Of a DNA stretch of 64,000 bases, positions 14,342 to 26,437 are shown one piece after another. The stretch's first letter is position 1. Every line of letters starts with the position of its first letter. A model generated the notes under the pieces. That model ran no database searches and was not told the DNA's origin. It saw nothing but the letters and a program-made list of their open reading frames with translations. This DNA is from the human T2T-CHM13v2.0 reference genome, Homo sapiens. Location of the stretch: contig CP086569.2 of the NCBI GenBank assembly GCA_009914755.4, positions 27,200,001 through 27,264,000 on the forward strand, read 5' to 3'. The position numbers and the translations under genes are program-made.

Positions 14342-17300
14342 CAAGGCTAGAACCAAGACAGGCGCAAAGGTCAGGGCAGATCTAGGGCACAAGCAGGGCA
14401 GGCTAGGGCAGGGCAATGGCAAGACCAGGCCATGGCAGGGCCAGCCCAGGATAGAACAGGGTACAGGCAGGGCAGCACCAGGGCCACAGCTGGGGCAGGA
14501 CGAGGACCAGGACCGGGGTCCAGGCCAGGGCAAGGGTATGGCCAGGGCAGAGGTAGGGCCAGAGCCAGGGTGTGGGCAGGACCAAGGCAGGTCTATTGCA
14601 GGGCCAGGGTTCAGACCAGAGCCAGAGCAGGGCTGGGACAGGGCCAGGGCCAGGACCAGGAAAGGGCAATGTCAGGACAAGGGCCATGGCAGGACCAGCA
14701 ACGGGGCTAGGGCCAGGACAGGGACAGGGACAGGGACAGGGTCAGGGCTAGGGCCTGAATAGCATGCCAGGGTAGAGCCAGGCCACATTAGGGCCAGGAC
14801 AGGGTCAGGACAGGGCCATGGTAGGGCCAGGTTAAATCAGGGACAAGACACCTGCAAATCCACTTCAGGGCCAGGGTCAGGGCAGGGCCAGTTCAGGGCC
14901 AGGACCAAGACAGGTCCAGGGCCAGCGCTGTCGGGGTCATTGGCAGGGCCAGGGCCATGGCAGGAGCAGGGTCAGGAGCAGGGCTCAATGCCAGGCCAAT
15001 GCCACAGATAGGACCAGGTCTGTGCTAGGGCCAGTGTGAGGGCCAAGGTGGGGTCAGGGCAGGGCCAAAGGGAGGGCAGGGCCAAAGGGAGGGCAGGGCC
15101 AGGGCAGGGTGGAGCAGGCCCAGGGTAGCACAGGGTTAAGGTAGGACACAACCAACCAGGGCAGGTCTATGGCTGGGGCTGGGGCAGGGCCAGGGCTGGG
15201 GCAGGGCCAGAGCCAGGGCAGGGCCAAGACAGTGGCAGCTCCAGGGCAGGGCCAGGGTTAGGACCACGGACATGTCCAAGGCCAGTGCCAGGGCAAGGAC
15301 AAGGGCAGGGGCAGGGCCAGGTTCATCTAAGAACCAGGGACAAAGCCAGGCCCAGAGCAGGGCCAGGGCAGGTACCTGGCAGGGCTAGGGTCTGGGACAG
15401 GGCCATGGCAGGGCCAGGGCCACAACCAGGTCTGTGCTATGGCCAGGTCCAACACAGTGCCCAGGTAAGGCTAGGGTGAAGGCCAAGGTAGGGCCAGGGC
15501 AGGGTCAAAGCCAGGCTAGGGCCAAGGCAGGGCCAGGGCCGGCAAGGCAGGGCCAGGAAAGCATAGGGCCAAGGCAGGGCAGGGCCAGGCCAGTGCCAAG
15601 ACCTGGGCAGGGCCAGGGAACAGCCAGGGCAGGGCCAGGGCCAGAGCCAGGGCCAGGGCCTGGGCAGGACCAGGTTTGGGACAGGAGCAAAACAACGGCA
15701 AGGACAGTGCAGGATCTTGGCACAGCCAGGATCCAGGACAGTGTCAAGACAGGGCCAAGGCAGGGTCATGGCCATGGTAAGACCAGCAACAGGGCTGGTG
15801 CTAGGCCAGTGACAGGACCAGAGTCAGGGCAAGGACCAGAGCAGTGCAAGGCCAGGGTAGGGCCAGGCATTTCAGGGTCAGGGCCAGGGGAGAACCAGGG
15901 CAAGGTCTCAAGCAGGGAAGGGCCAGGACCAGGACAGGTCCAGGGCAGGGCCATGACAGGGCCAGGGGCTGTGTTAGGGCAAGGGCAGGGCCAGAGCAAG
16001 GTAAGGGTCAGGGCCAAGACCAGGGTAGGGACAGGGCAAGAAATATGGCAGGACCAGGGGCAATGCCAAGGCCAAGGCTGGGCCAGGGCTGAACCAGGGC
16101 TGAGTCAGGGCAGGGCAGGGCAGGACATGGTATGGCCAGTGCAGGACAGGACAAGAGCCGGTCCACAGAGAGAGCAGGGCTGATGCCAAGAAAGAGCCAG
16201 GCTAGTGCCAAGGCTGAGGCAGTGTCAGAGCATATCCGGGGAAGGGTCGGGGCCAGGGCCAGAACCGAGCCAGGGAACAGCCAAGGCAGGGTAGGGCAGG
16301 GAAATAGCATGGCTGGGTCAGTACTGGGACAGGGCAGAGCAGGGCAAGGCGATGGTAGGGGCAGGGCAGGGACAGGCCAATGCAGAGCCATGTTACACCA
16401 GGGCCAGGACACCTCCAAGTCCACTTCAGGGCCAGGGCTATGGCAGGACAAAGACCAGGGCCAGGGTCAGGGCCAGGTCTGTGCTAGGGCCAGCTCCAGA
16501 GCAGGGCCTAGTGAAGACTAGGGTGAGGGCCAAGGTAAGGCCAGGGCAGGGTCAAAGGCAGAGTAGGGCCAGGGCAGGGTGACGACACATCCAGAGCACA
16601 GCAGGCAGGGTGATGGCAAGACCAGGGGCAGACCACTGCCAGCTCAGGGCCAGGAAAAGGCCAGTGCAGAGCCAGGATAGGGTCTGGGTCTGGGTCAGGG
16701 CTAGGAACAAGGCAGAGCAGGGCCAGGGCCATGGCAGAGTCAGGGCAGGTCCTTGACAGGACCAGGTTCCAGGCCAGGGCCAGGGCAGCAGAAGGGGCAG
16801 GGCCTGGATAAGAGCACGGCCAGGGATATGGCAGGACCAGGGCTAGGGCCAGGGCCAGGCCATAGTGAGGGCAGGGCAAAAGCCCAGGTAGGGTCAGGGC
16901 AGGTCCAGGGAGTGACCAGCACCAAGAGGGGCCAAGGCACAACCAGCGCACGGTAAGGCAGAGCAATGGCACCACTGGGCCATGACAGGGCAAGGTCAGT
17001 GCCAGGAGAGGGCAGAACAGGCAGGCCCATGGTGGGGCCAGGCCAGGGATGGGCCAAAGCAGGTCCAGGACATGTCCAAGGCCAGGTCAGGGTCAGAACA
17101 GGAGCGGGACCATGACAATTGGCAGGGCCAGTGCCATGACAGGACCAGGGTCAGGACAAGGGGCAGGGCCAGAGCCAGGGCCAGAGTCAAGGTCAGGCCA
17201 GTGCAGGTTCAGGGAAGGGCCAGTGCCAGGGCAAGACCAGGGCAGGGACAGGGTAGCACAGGGCCAAGACAGGGTCAGGATGGGACCAGAGCAGGACGGG

Positions 17301-17400
17301 GCTGAGAGTCCAGGTAACAGTAGGGCAAGTACAGGGCAAGGCAGGGCAGTATAGGGCCAGATCCATGGCAGGGGCAGGGCAAAGCCAGGCCCACTGCCAA
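14342..17400. repeat. ~3.1-kb G-rich minisatellite with hexamer-periodic (GGGCCA/GGGCAG/GGGTCA)n units; + strand almost T-free and G>>C
   Basis: continuous run of cagggccagggcagggccaggg... variants from 14342 to ~17400. All overlapping six-frame ORFs are repeat artefacts (GQGQ.. on +, PWPCPGP.. on -). Confidence 0.95.
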
Positions 17401-18216
17401 AGGACCAGCCCTCCCTACAAGGCTCCTACCACCTGGCTACTGGTGCAGCCCATCCATCGCTGTAAGCCTGACCCCCAACCCTGGCTGCAGGCACCTGCCC
17501 TCCTAGCGTGGCCGCTCTCCTACCGCTCTGGCGCACTGCAGTCTCCATTGCTACCACCCACCCGCGGCAAGGCAAGTCGTGGTGTCACAGGCTATAGGTG
17601 TCTCCTCCTCCTCCTGGCATGGAGCAGCTGGGCGGGCAAAGCCAGAAAAGCCTAGAGGAAGATGTGAGGGGTGGAAGGGTTAGAGCCTCAACTTGTCATG
17701 CCGGCCACTGGGTGGCAGGGGCCAGTTTCAGTTTCAGCAAAGGCACTCACACCTACCCTCCAATGTCCAGCCTCTCCTTTTGGCCCAAGCTGGCCAGGAA
17801 CTGGGGTCTGGGGTGGGTGCTGGAGACACCACAGCACCCAGCTCCCCACTCCACAGGAGCCATTGGGCCCACTGGGGCTGCACTCCTCGGGGAGCAGGAG
17901 AAGCAGAAAAATTCAGACCCAGCCAGCCCTCTGCACCCAGGTGCCAATTCCTGTTCCGGACGCCTCCACACACAGGGCCCTGTCCCCAGTGGTGTCCCCA
18001 GGGGTGCCTGGCAGCCTCCAAGGCACAGACCCAGAGCGCACAGGCCCAGGAACCACGGTGGGTGTGGGGGCTCTGCCGTGCTCAGGATTCCATGCAAACG
18101 CTGCGTGCCTGCCGCACTCCAGTATGACCAAGAGTGGGTCGCCCTCTGGAGTGTGGAGTCAGGGAGAGGAGAACCACTCCTTCCTTGGATGCCAACTCTG
18201 CTGACTGCCGCCAGAA

Positions 18217-18640
18217 GTGCAGCCCCTGATAGCACTGAACTCGCCCCCCATCCACGGCTAGTCCTGCCCTCAATAGCTTCCCCCACGTCCGTCCCCCAAT
18301 GCAGCCAGTAGTGTATACCCAATAGTGCCCTAACCTGTCCTCCTCCATGGGCATTGCAGCCCCAGAAAGTGCCCATAACCCACCCTCCCTGCCATGGGCA
18401 GTGCAGCCCTGTACAGTGCTACCAACCAGTACCCCTAATGTAGGCAATGACACCCTGGATAGCGCCCCCAACCCACCCCACACTGCGAAAGGTGCAGCCC
18501 TGGTTAGCCCGTCCTACCACTCTGGTCGTGCTGCAGTCTCTGTCACCGCCACCACCAACCACAGTGAGGCAAGCCAGTGGGTTGCAGGCTCTAGCACCCG
18601 GCAGCCAGGCACGGAGCAGCTCTCTCCAATGGTCTGCTCC
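18217..18640. repeat. Degenerate ~37-bp C-rich tandem repeat (unit approx GCAGTGCAGCCCCGGATAGCACACCCAACCCACCC..), left block
   Basis: recurring tgcagcccctgatagc / cagtgcagccctgtacagtgc / gtgcagccctggttagcc with ccccaaccc spacers. Confidence 0.7.
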
Positions 18641-18667
18641 TACCACTCTGACCACGCTGCTGTCTCC

Positions 18668-19746
18668 GTGGCCATCTTCTTTGACTACAAAGGAATAAAA
18701 CTAGGTATCAATAAGAAGAGTAATTCTGGAAACAATACAATCACATGGAAGTTAAACACTATCCTCCTGAATAAATGACTAGCGGGTCAATGAAGATACT
18801 AAGACAGAAATTCAAACATTTCATGAAACAAAGGGTAATGAAAACACAGTATACCGAAACTTGTTACACAGACAGCAGTACAAAGGCAGAGATTTACAGC
18901 TGTAAGTGCCTACCATCCAAACAAAAGAAAAACTTCAAATAAACAATACATCTTAAAGAACTAGTAAAGTAAGAACTAACTAAACCGAAAATAAGAAAAT
19001 GAATAAGATCGTAGCAGAAATAACATTGAAAAAAAAAAACACACAAGATTAAATGAAAAGTTGGTTTTCTGGAAAGCTAAACAAAATTGACAAACTTTTA
19101 ACCAAGCTAACTAAGAAAAAAGAGACAAGATTAAAATAAATAAAATCAACAGATTAAAAAAAGGAGACATTACAACTAATACTTCAGAAATTCAAAGGAT
19201 CATAACTGGCTATTATATGCCAATAAATCGGAAAGCCTAGTAGAAACTGGCAAATTCCTACATGCATACAGCCTACTTAGGTTGAACAATGAAAACATCC
19301 AAGACCAGAACAGATTGGTAACAAGAAATGAGATTGAAGCCATCAGAAAAAGTCTCCCAGTAAAGAAAAGCCCAGGAACTCATGTCTTCACTGCTGATGG
19401 CTTCACACAAAACAATTTAAAGACCTAGTACAAATCCTACTCAAACTATTTTGAAAAACAGGAGGGGGCCGGGCGCGGTGGCTCACGCCTGTAATCCCAG
19501 CACTTTGGGAGGCCGAGGCGGGCGGATCACGAGGTCAGGAGATCGAGACCATCCTGGCTAACACGGTGAAACCCCGTCTCTACTAAAAATACAAAAAATT
19601 AGCCGGGCGAGGTGGCGGGCGCCTGTAGTCCCAGCTACTCGGGAGGCTGAGGCAGGAGAATGGCGTGAACCCCAGGGGGCGGAGCCTGCAGTGAGCCGAG
19701 ATCGCGCCACTGCACTCCAGCCTGGGCGACAGCGAGACTCCGTCTC

Positions 19747-19777
<31 letters not shown>

Positions 19778-20302
19778 AAAACAGGAGGGAATACTTCCAA
19801 ACTTTTTCTATGAGACCATTATTACTGTGATACCAAAATCAGACAAAGGCATCAAAGAAGGAAACTACAGGCTAGTATCTCTAATATTGATGCGAAAATC
19901 CTCAACAAAATACCAGCGAATCCAATTCAGTAATACATTAAAAAGATAATTCATCATGATCAAGTGGAATGTATCCCTGGGATGCAAGGGTCACTCAACA
20001 TACAATGTGATACATCATATCAACCAAATAAACGACAAAAACAGTATGATCATGTCAACTGAAACTGAAAAAGCATTTGATGAAATTCAACATGGCTTCA
20101 TGCTATAAATCCTCAAAGAAACGGGTACAGAAGGAACATACCGCAACATAATAAAAGCTACAGGAAAGACACCCACAGCTAGAAGCATATGGAGTCGGTA
20201 AAAATGGAAAGCTTTTCCTCTAAGATCTGGAACATAATAAGGATGCCCCCTGTCACCACTGTTGTTTAACATAGTACCAGAAATCCTAGCTAAAGCAATC
20301 AG
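18668..20302 (+). mobile_element. Orphan old-L1 ORF2 fragment (reverse-transcriptase region only; no 5' or 3' end, no poly-A), carrying an AluY
   Basis: translation gives diverged L1 ORF2p: ..IFFDYKGIKLGINKK..TWKLNTILLN..KGDITTNTSEIQRII..YY ... [Alu] ..[79 protein letters not shown]; ends abruptly at gcaatcag|tgcagcccc. Confidence 0.85.
19467..19775 (+). mobile_element. AluY SINE, near-consensus with CpGs retained, 29-nt poly-A, 13-bp TSD aaaacaggaggg
   Basis: GGCCGGGCGCGGTGGCTCACGCCTGTAATCCCAGCACTTTGGGAGGCCGAGGCGGGCGGATCACGAGGTCAGGAGATCGAGACCATCCTGGCTAACACGGTGAAACCCCGTCTC; TSD ttgaaaaacaggaggg | ...aaa ggaaaacaggaggg. Confidence 0.95.
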
Positions 20303-20735
20303 TGCAGCCCCTGATATGGCCCCCAACCCACCCTGCCCCCTACCACCAGCAGTGTCGCCCCCCGCAATAGCACACCCAACACACCCAAACCGCCCCGCCT
20401 CCCCGCACCATGGGCATTACAGCACCCCATAGCGCCCTCAACTCGAAACCGCCACCCCCCCTCCAACAGCCGCGCAGTGCAGCCCCGGATAGCACACTTA
20501 GCCCACCTCACTGTTGCCAGCAATACAGTCTGGGATAGTGCCCCCAACCGGCTCCCCGCCAAGGCCAGTGCAGCCCCGGTTTGGGCCCCCAAAGCACCCC
20601 CCGGGGGCAGGCAGCACAGCCCCAGATAGCACACCCAACCAGCCACCCAAGGCGGGCAGTGACGCCTGAGATAGGGCCCCCAACCCGTCCCAGGCCACCC
20701 GCAGTGCAGCCTGGAAAGCGCACTTACCCTGACGC
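20303..20735. repeat. Degenerate ~37-bp C-rich tandem repeat, right block (continuation of 18217-18640 across the L1 fragment)
   Basis: tgcagcccctgatatggcccccaacccaccc.. / gcagtgcagccccggatagcacacttagcccacc.. / cagtgcagccccggtttgggcccccaaagcacccc.. / gcacagccccagatagcacacccaaccagccaccc. Confidence 0.7.
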
Positions 20736-20867
20736 CTTTCTACACTCTGGCTGGCTGCAGCGTCCACCGCTGCCACCCACCTCAGAGCTGCAAACAGGAA
20801 GTATTTTACTCACCGTTGATGCGGCCCCGAGTTGTCCCAAAGCGCGGCAGTGCCCCCAAGGTCTGTG

Positions 20868-21055
20868 CTGAGCAGAACGCAGCTCCGCCCTCGGGGTGCC
20901 ACCGGCCCGCCCGACCGGGTCCGTGCTGAGGAGAACACTGCTCTGCCTTCCCTGTATCTCCGAAGTCTGTGCAGAGGAGAACTCAGCTCCACCCTCGCGG
21001 TGCTCTCGGGGTCTGTGCTGAGGATAACTCAGCTCCGCCCTCGCAAAGGCAGACA
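20868..21055. repeat. ~48-bp tandem repeat, 4 copies, inside the CpG island
   Basis: gtctgtgctgagcagaacgcagctccgccctcgg / gtccgtgctgaggagaacactgctctgccttccc / gtctgtgcagaggagaactcagctccaccctcgcgg / gtctgtgctgaggataactcagctccgccctcgc. Confidence 0.75.
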
Positions 21056-21701
21056 GCGCAGGCGCCGACAGCGACAGCTCAGACAGCGCTGGCGCGGCGG
21101 ACAGGCGCACAGAAGACCTCAGGCTCAGGTTCCACTCCCCAGCTGTGAAAGGGTAAGAACTGAGGGTGGCTGAGGCTGGGGGTTGTTCAGGGCGGGGTGG
21201 GCTCTGGACCCAGCAGGCCCTGCACCCAGGCCAGGGCTTCAGGGGAGGCCAGGTAAGGCCAAGATGGGGCCGGGGCTGGTCAGAAAGATCCGAGCGTTGG
21301 GAGCCGGTGGAAGAAAAGAGCGCGCGGGCGACAGTCAAACAGGCCTTGGGGCAGGGCACGCCTCGCGCTCCAGGCAGCCCTGCCAGCCCAGGGCACCTGA
21401 GCAGCAACCGCCGCCTGCACTGGGCGCGCCAGAGAGCTGCTACGGTGGTTTCTCCCCCTCGGGCCTGTTGGGCGGGGCCGTTATGGTGCACGTGCTCGCT
21501 GGTCCTAATGGTTCTCTTGGGCGTTTCTGCTGAGAGGCGGGAGGCGCTGAGAGTCTGTGCGAAGGTCCGTGGACAGACTGCATTGCTTGTTGTGCTTCAG
21601 AGGCGGTGATCCCCAGAAGGCGAGCTGAGAAATACGGCTGGAGCGTTCCCAGGCTACAATTTGCAGCGACGATTATGGAAGTCTACGAGCTGGAGTGGTA
21701 G

Positions 21702-21848
<147 letters not shown>

Positions 21849-21849
21849 T

Positions 21850-22330
21850 AATGGGGGCCGGGAGCCGGGGCTGCGGGAAGAGGCCCGTGGATGTGGAGAA
21901 GTACCCCCTTCCAGGCTGAGGGCTGTGGGGCGGATGGTCCGGGGCTCGGGGTATGGACAGGGGCTAGGAGGTGCCTGGCTGGGGTGGGAGTGAGTGGAGC
22001 GGAGCCCGGGGAGTGGGGGTATAGGGGTTGGCGGGGTGTGGAGTGAGTTGGGGGATGGCAGTGGGGAGTAGGGGGTGCATGGGGTGGGGGTGTGAATGGG
22101 CTGAGGTGGATGGAATGAAGGCTTTTGAGGTAGGGGTGTGGACGGTGTGGGGTGGGGAGATGGGGTGAGGGTTCAATAGGACAGAGGATTGGAGGTGGGG
22201 GTGAGGTGTGGGGGTGAATGGGGTGGGGGAAAGGGGTGCAGAGGTGAGGGGGCCGAGTCTTGTCACCAAAGGGGCTGGACTTTCTTTCCTGGCAAGCTCA
22301 GCCGCACCTGGGATGTGGAAACCTTGGGGG
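21850..22330. repeat. G-rich degenerate repeat (GGGGTGNGG / GGAGTGAGTGG-like) in intron 1, G-rich on + strand
   Basis: ggggctaggaggtgcctggctggggtgggagtgagtggagcggagcccggggagtgggggtataggggttggcggggtgtggagtgagttggggg...ggtgggggtgaggtgtgggggtgaatggggtggggg. Confidence 0.7.
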
Positions 22331-22965
22331 GGGGCGAGCACCCAGGCCATTTTCACGAGCAGCAAAACAAAAACAAAACTTCAGCTTGTTTCCAATCACT
22401 CACCATGCTTCTTGTTTATAAATCATTTTAAAGTGATTTCACTAATACAATTCAGCATGTACAGCGTTTTATTTTTAATGTACACATTTTAAAGCATAAT
22501 GTTACATACATTATGGAAAAGTGCATAATGACAGAAAGCATTTCCATAATATATCAACTTCCTGACTAAAAATTCTTTGGATAAAAATCCAATATTTATT
22601 TGATATCGGTGGACACCTATGTCAATGTGGTTTTCACTTAGAGGGAAACTTTGAAGTGGGAAGATTGTGTTCTTGAATAGAAAGACACATTTTTCTAAAG
22701 TTCTGAGCTCTTTCTGTGTTTATAAATTTTACATAATCCAAATAAAGTTATCAAAGTGTTAACATTTTTGAATTACTCATGCTGTCTTTTACTATTGTGA
22801 TGACATTAACAACACTTTTGAAATGGAGTCAAAAAAGGCTTGCCTTTCTAGATATGAAAATGTGCTGTTAATTTTCACAAGTTATTTGCTAACAGCTGAA
22901 ACAACAAATAAGTGAATGGAACAGGTTAGAAAATCCAGGAACACACCAATATGTGTAAGAATTTA

Positions 22966-23048
22966 TTAGCTTTGTGCAAAAACAATTGCGGTTTTTGCCG
23001 CAAGTACAAGTAATGGCAAAAACCGCAATTGCTTTTGCACCAATCTAA
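22966..23048. mobile_element. MADE1 (Hsmar1-derived 80-bp palindromic MITE). This repeat family is the source of miR-548-family hairpins
   Basis: ttagctttgtgcaaaaacaattgcggtttttgccgcaagtacaagtaatggcaaaaaccgcaattgcttttgcaccaatctaa vs MADE1 consensus TTAGGTTGGTGCAAAAGTAATTGCGGTTTTTGCCATT..AATGGCAAAAACCGCAATTACTTTTGCACCAACCTAA. Confidence 0.85.
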
Positions 23049-24185
23049 TAAAATTGGATAATGGTGACATTTCATATTAGTAGGAAAAGATGAATTACTC
23101 ATAAATGAAGTGCCTGCTAACTATTTGGAGAAATCTGGCTAGATTTTTATGTCACAGAAATAAGTTCGTTATGGAATGTAGATTAAAAATTTTAAATACA
23201 CAAAATAAGAAAGATAACAGAAAAAAACACAAATGCCTACTTATGTTGATACATGTTTATATTCCTACAAATATCACAAGCAGACATTCTGAAGGTCGAT
23301 TTAGCAAAATAAAAAAAAAATCCAGTTTATAAGAAAAAATTAACAAAAGACAATACGTGTATATACATATTAGATAAAAAAGTGATTTTCATTTTACAGA
23401 TAATTCTTCAAATAAACAAGAACTCTCATTTAAAATAGAGCAAAGCATTTTTTTTTCAGATATTAAAGCAACCTATACACATGGGAAAAAATATTTAGTG
23501 TTCCTGGGAGGAGAAGGTATTTAAGTTAAAAAAGGAATGAAATACTCTTTTCTATCCACAAGTTTGTGAGGGTAAAGAGTAGCAGTACATATACTGCTGT
23601 TTAAAGTTTACATTTCTGATGATTTTTCAAATAGACAATTTGTTGGTAAGTATCACACTTTAAAAATGTATGTGCCCTTCACCCATCAATTCCATTATAC
23701 TAAAATATCTCTGGGAAATAGAGATACATGCAATTTGTTTTTCTCAGCACTGCTTAAAATAGCAGTGTATTTGGAAAACCCCTTATAATGGATTTTATAA
23801 ATTTTATAAATTTATCAATAAATTTCGGTGCATCCATACAATGGGACAATATGGGACCTTCACAGATGTCAGTAGATACAGATGTATGTTGAGGTGTGAA
23901 GATGTACTCTGAAAAAAAGTTGGTTTGATTATACATGCACACAAACAGTCTATGGTGTTTATAAGCCAAGTATGTGTACAAAATATAACATTTCTTTTCT
24001 GGCAGGTGTATTGTGATATTTTTTCTTATCTGTGATGTATAAATGATCAGTATGTTTAAAACTTCTAGTACATGTGTTTTATTAATGAAATTATCATTGG
24101 GAAAAGAAGAAATATAAATCTTACAAAGAAAAAATAATTCTCACTTTCTATTTTATTTTATTATTTATTTCTTTGTTTGTTTGTT

Positions 24186-24474
24186 TATTTTTGAGATGGA
24201 GTCTCGCCCTGTCGCCCAGCCTGGAGTGCAGTGGCATGATCTCAGCTCACTGCAGTCTGCCTCTCAGGTTCAAGTGACTCTCCCACCTCAGCCTCCTGAG
24301 TAGCTGGGATTACAGGTGTGCATCACCATGTCCAGCTAATTTTTGTATATTTTAGTAAAGACTGGGTTTCAGCATGTTGGCCAGGCTGGTCTCAAACTCC
24401 TGACCTCAGGTGATTCCCCCGCCTGGGCCTCCCAAAGTTCTGGTATTACAGGTGTGAGCCACTGTGCCTGGCCT
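24186..24474 (-). mobile_element. Alu SINE antisense
   Basis: tttttgagatggagtctcgccctgtcgcccagcctggagtgcagtggcatgatctcagctcactgcag...ggtgtgagccactgtgcctggcc. Confidence 0.9.
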
Positions 24475-25902
24475 TATTTTTATTATTTTGTTTATTGGTA
24501 TCTTCTGTGAACTTTTAGCCTCTTCAGAGGCAGAGGGAATATTTTTATTTGTGCTTATTTTATTATGCATAGATTTTAGTATATAAATAGGTTTTTATTA
24601 TAGCTTTATTACATATATGCAAACAATTTTTAATTATTTTAGTTTATCAGTGTCCTCATGAAAATGAAAACGAGCAAATATAAGTGATTATCACTATTCC
24701 AAGAGCACTGCTTTAATTTGTAGTTTTTTTCGTAATAAACTCCCCAACTGTATGTATGCATTCTTTCAATCCAGTTATTTGTCAAGCATAACCTGAATAC
24801 CTATTATGTAGCAGACACATTCCACCATCTCTCAGGACTCTTCCACCCTTAACAACTTCATGTTTACCTGCCCAGCCTGAGCAAGTTGAGATTTAAAATG
24901 GAAGCATTACGACTGAATCCTAATTGGGTCTTTTATTCCTTTTTTTTTTAAATAAAAGCAATTCTGAAGTTAGAAAATAGTGAAAGATAACCTTTAACTG
25001 CCATTTCAAAAACTTATGACCATCTCAAATACTACTATTAATCATTGCAAATACCTAATTTACATAACATTCTGTAAGTATTGAAAAAAATGAGCGATAC
25101 CTATTCATATGAATCCTGAGTTTCCTTTGGATTTTTTTTTTTTTGGAAAATTGAAGTAAGAAGTACTTTGTTTTAAAAATTTGTTTTTTTATTTTTGCCT
25201 TCTTTTTCCACAGTACTTTATTTAGGTGCAAATTATATGAGTAGAACTGCCTGTTCTATGTACTGTATCCCACTTAATGTGAGGCATCATGGATTAGGTG
25301 ATGCCACATTACTTTATATATCGATAAGATAATGTTTAAAACATTGCCAGTTATAATTGTAATAAGTAATGAATTGTAAACAGTATTCCAATGTCAAGAG
25401 ATGTTAATATATAAGAGAATAGTAGCTTATATAAGAGAATAGTGAGAATATGAGCATCTGAGAATGACTGAAATACAATGATACATCTAATCTTTAATAG
25501 ATACCTCAATGTAGATATGATTGTATCATTTTACTTAATTAAAATGTCTTTGTAAGTAGTAATATCTAAAAATTATTGAGCTGTTATTTGTGTTAGAAAG
25601 TGTTCTAAATGCTGTGCATAGATTGTTATGTAAGCATCACAGCAGTGTTCTGTGGGATAGCTACTATTCTCATATATTTTATTGATAAGGAAATTGAAGC
25701 AAAGAAAGGCTAAATAACAACTAAGTGACAGAGATTACAGTAAATTTTAAGCCCCAATTAAACTGAATCCAGAAGCCAAGCCTTTTCTATTAAATAGCCT
25801 GCTCTTTCATTAATGTGGCGAGTAATAAGTGCTAACAAATGTTGTACCTTCTTCACAAGAAAATTACATATTTGTGTTGAAGACAGAGAAATAACATGCT
25901 AA

Positions 25903-26076
<174 letters not shown>

Positions 26077-26227
26077 TGAATCTTTGAGCATGAGATGGAT
26101 TTGGTTTAAATATGTAGGATAAAATGAATTTATCTCATTGGAATACCACTATATAACTAGTTAGTAAATCCTACGGAGTGTTTATTTTGATTTTTCAGTA
26201 TTTGCGTGTTTCTCAGTCTAATACTGA

Positions 26228-26437
<210 letters not shown>

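Noticed and set aside
14297-17354. Long overlapping ORFs on both strands (e.g. 15434-16183 + 249 aa GQGQ/PGPG-rich; 16508-16993 - 161 aa PWPCP-rich)
   Set aside because: They lie entirely within the hexamer-periodic G-rich minisatellite. Any frame of (GGGCCA/GGGCAG)n stays open and yields Gly/Gln/Pro repeats. There are no start or stop signals and no conservation logic, so these are repeat artefacts.
17598-18483. Cluster of long ORFs (up to 237 aa) on both strands in GC-rich DNA between the minisatellite and the 37-bp satellite
   Set aside because: Mutually overlapping in several frames on both strands, which is typical of stop-poor GC-rich sequence. The products are low-complexity Pro/Gly/Ala/Ser-rich with no recognisable domain and no splice-site support. 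Treated as non-coding CpG-island flank.
18217-20735. Possible CRISPR-like array (regularly spaced ~37-bp C-rich repeats)
   Set aside because: The repeats are degenerate and directly abutting, with no unique spacers. The context is a primate CpG island with Alu/L1 elements. This is a minisatellite, not a CRISPR array.
21675-21701. ATG at 21675 as the gene's translation start
   Set aside because: It is in frame with the downstream ankyrin exon, but a TAG follows after 8 codons (MEVYELEW*). It is kept only as evidence for a disrupted or alternative start, not called as a CDS start.
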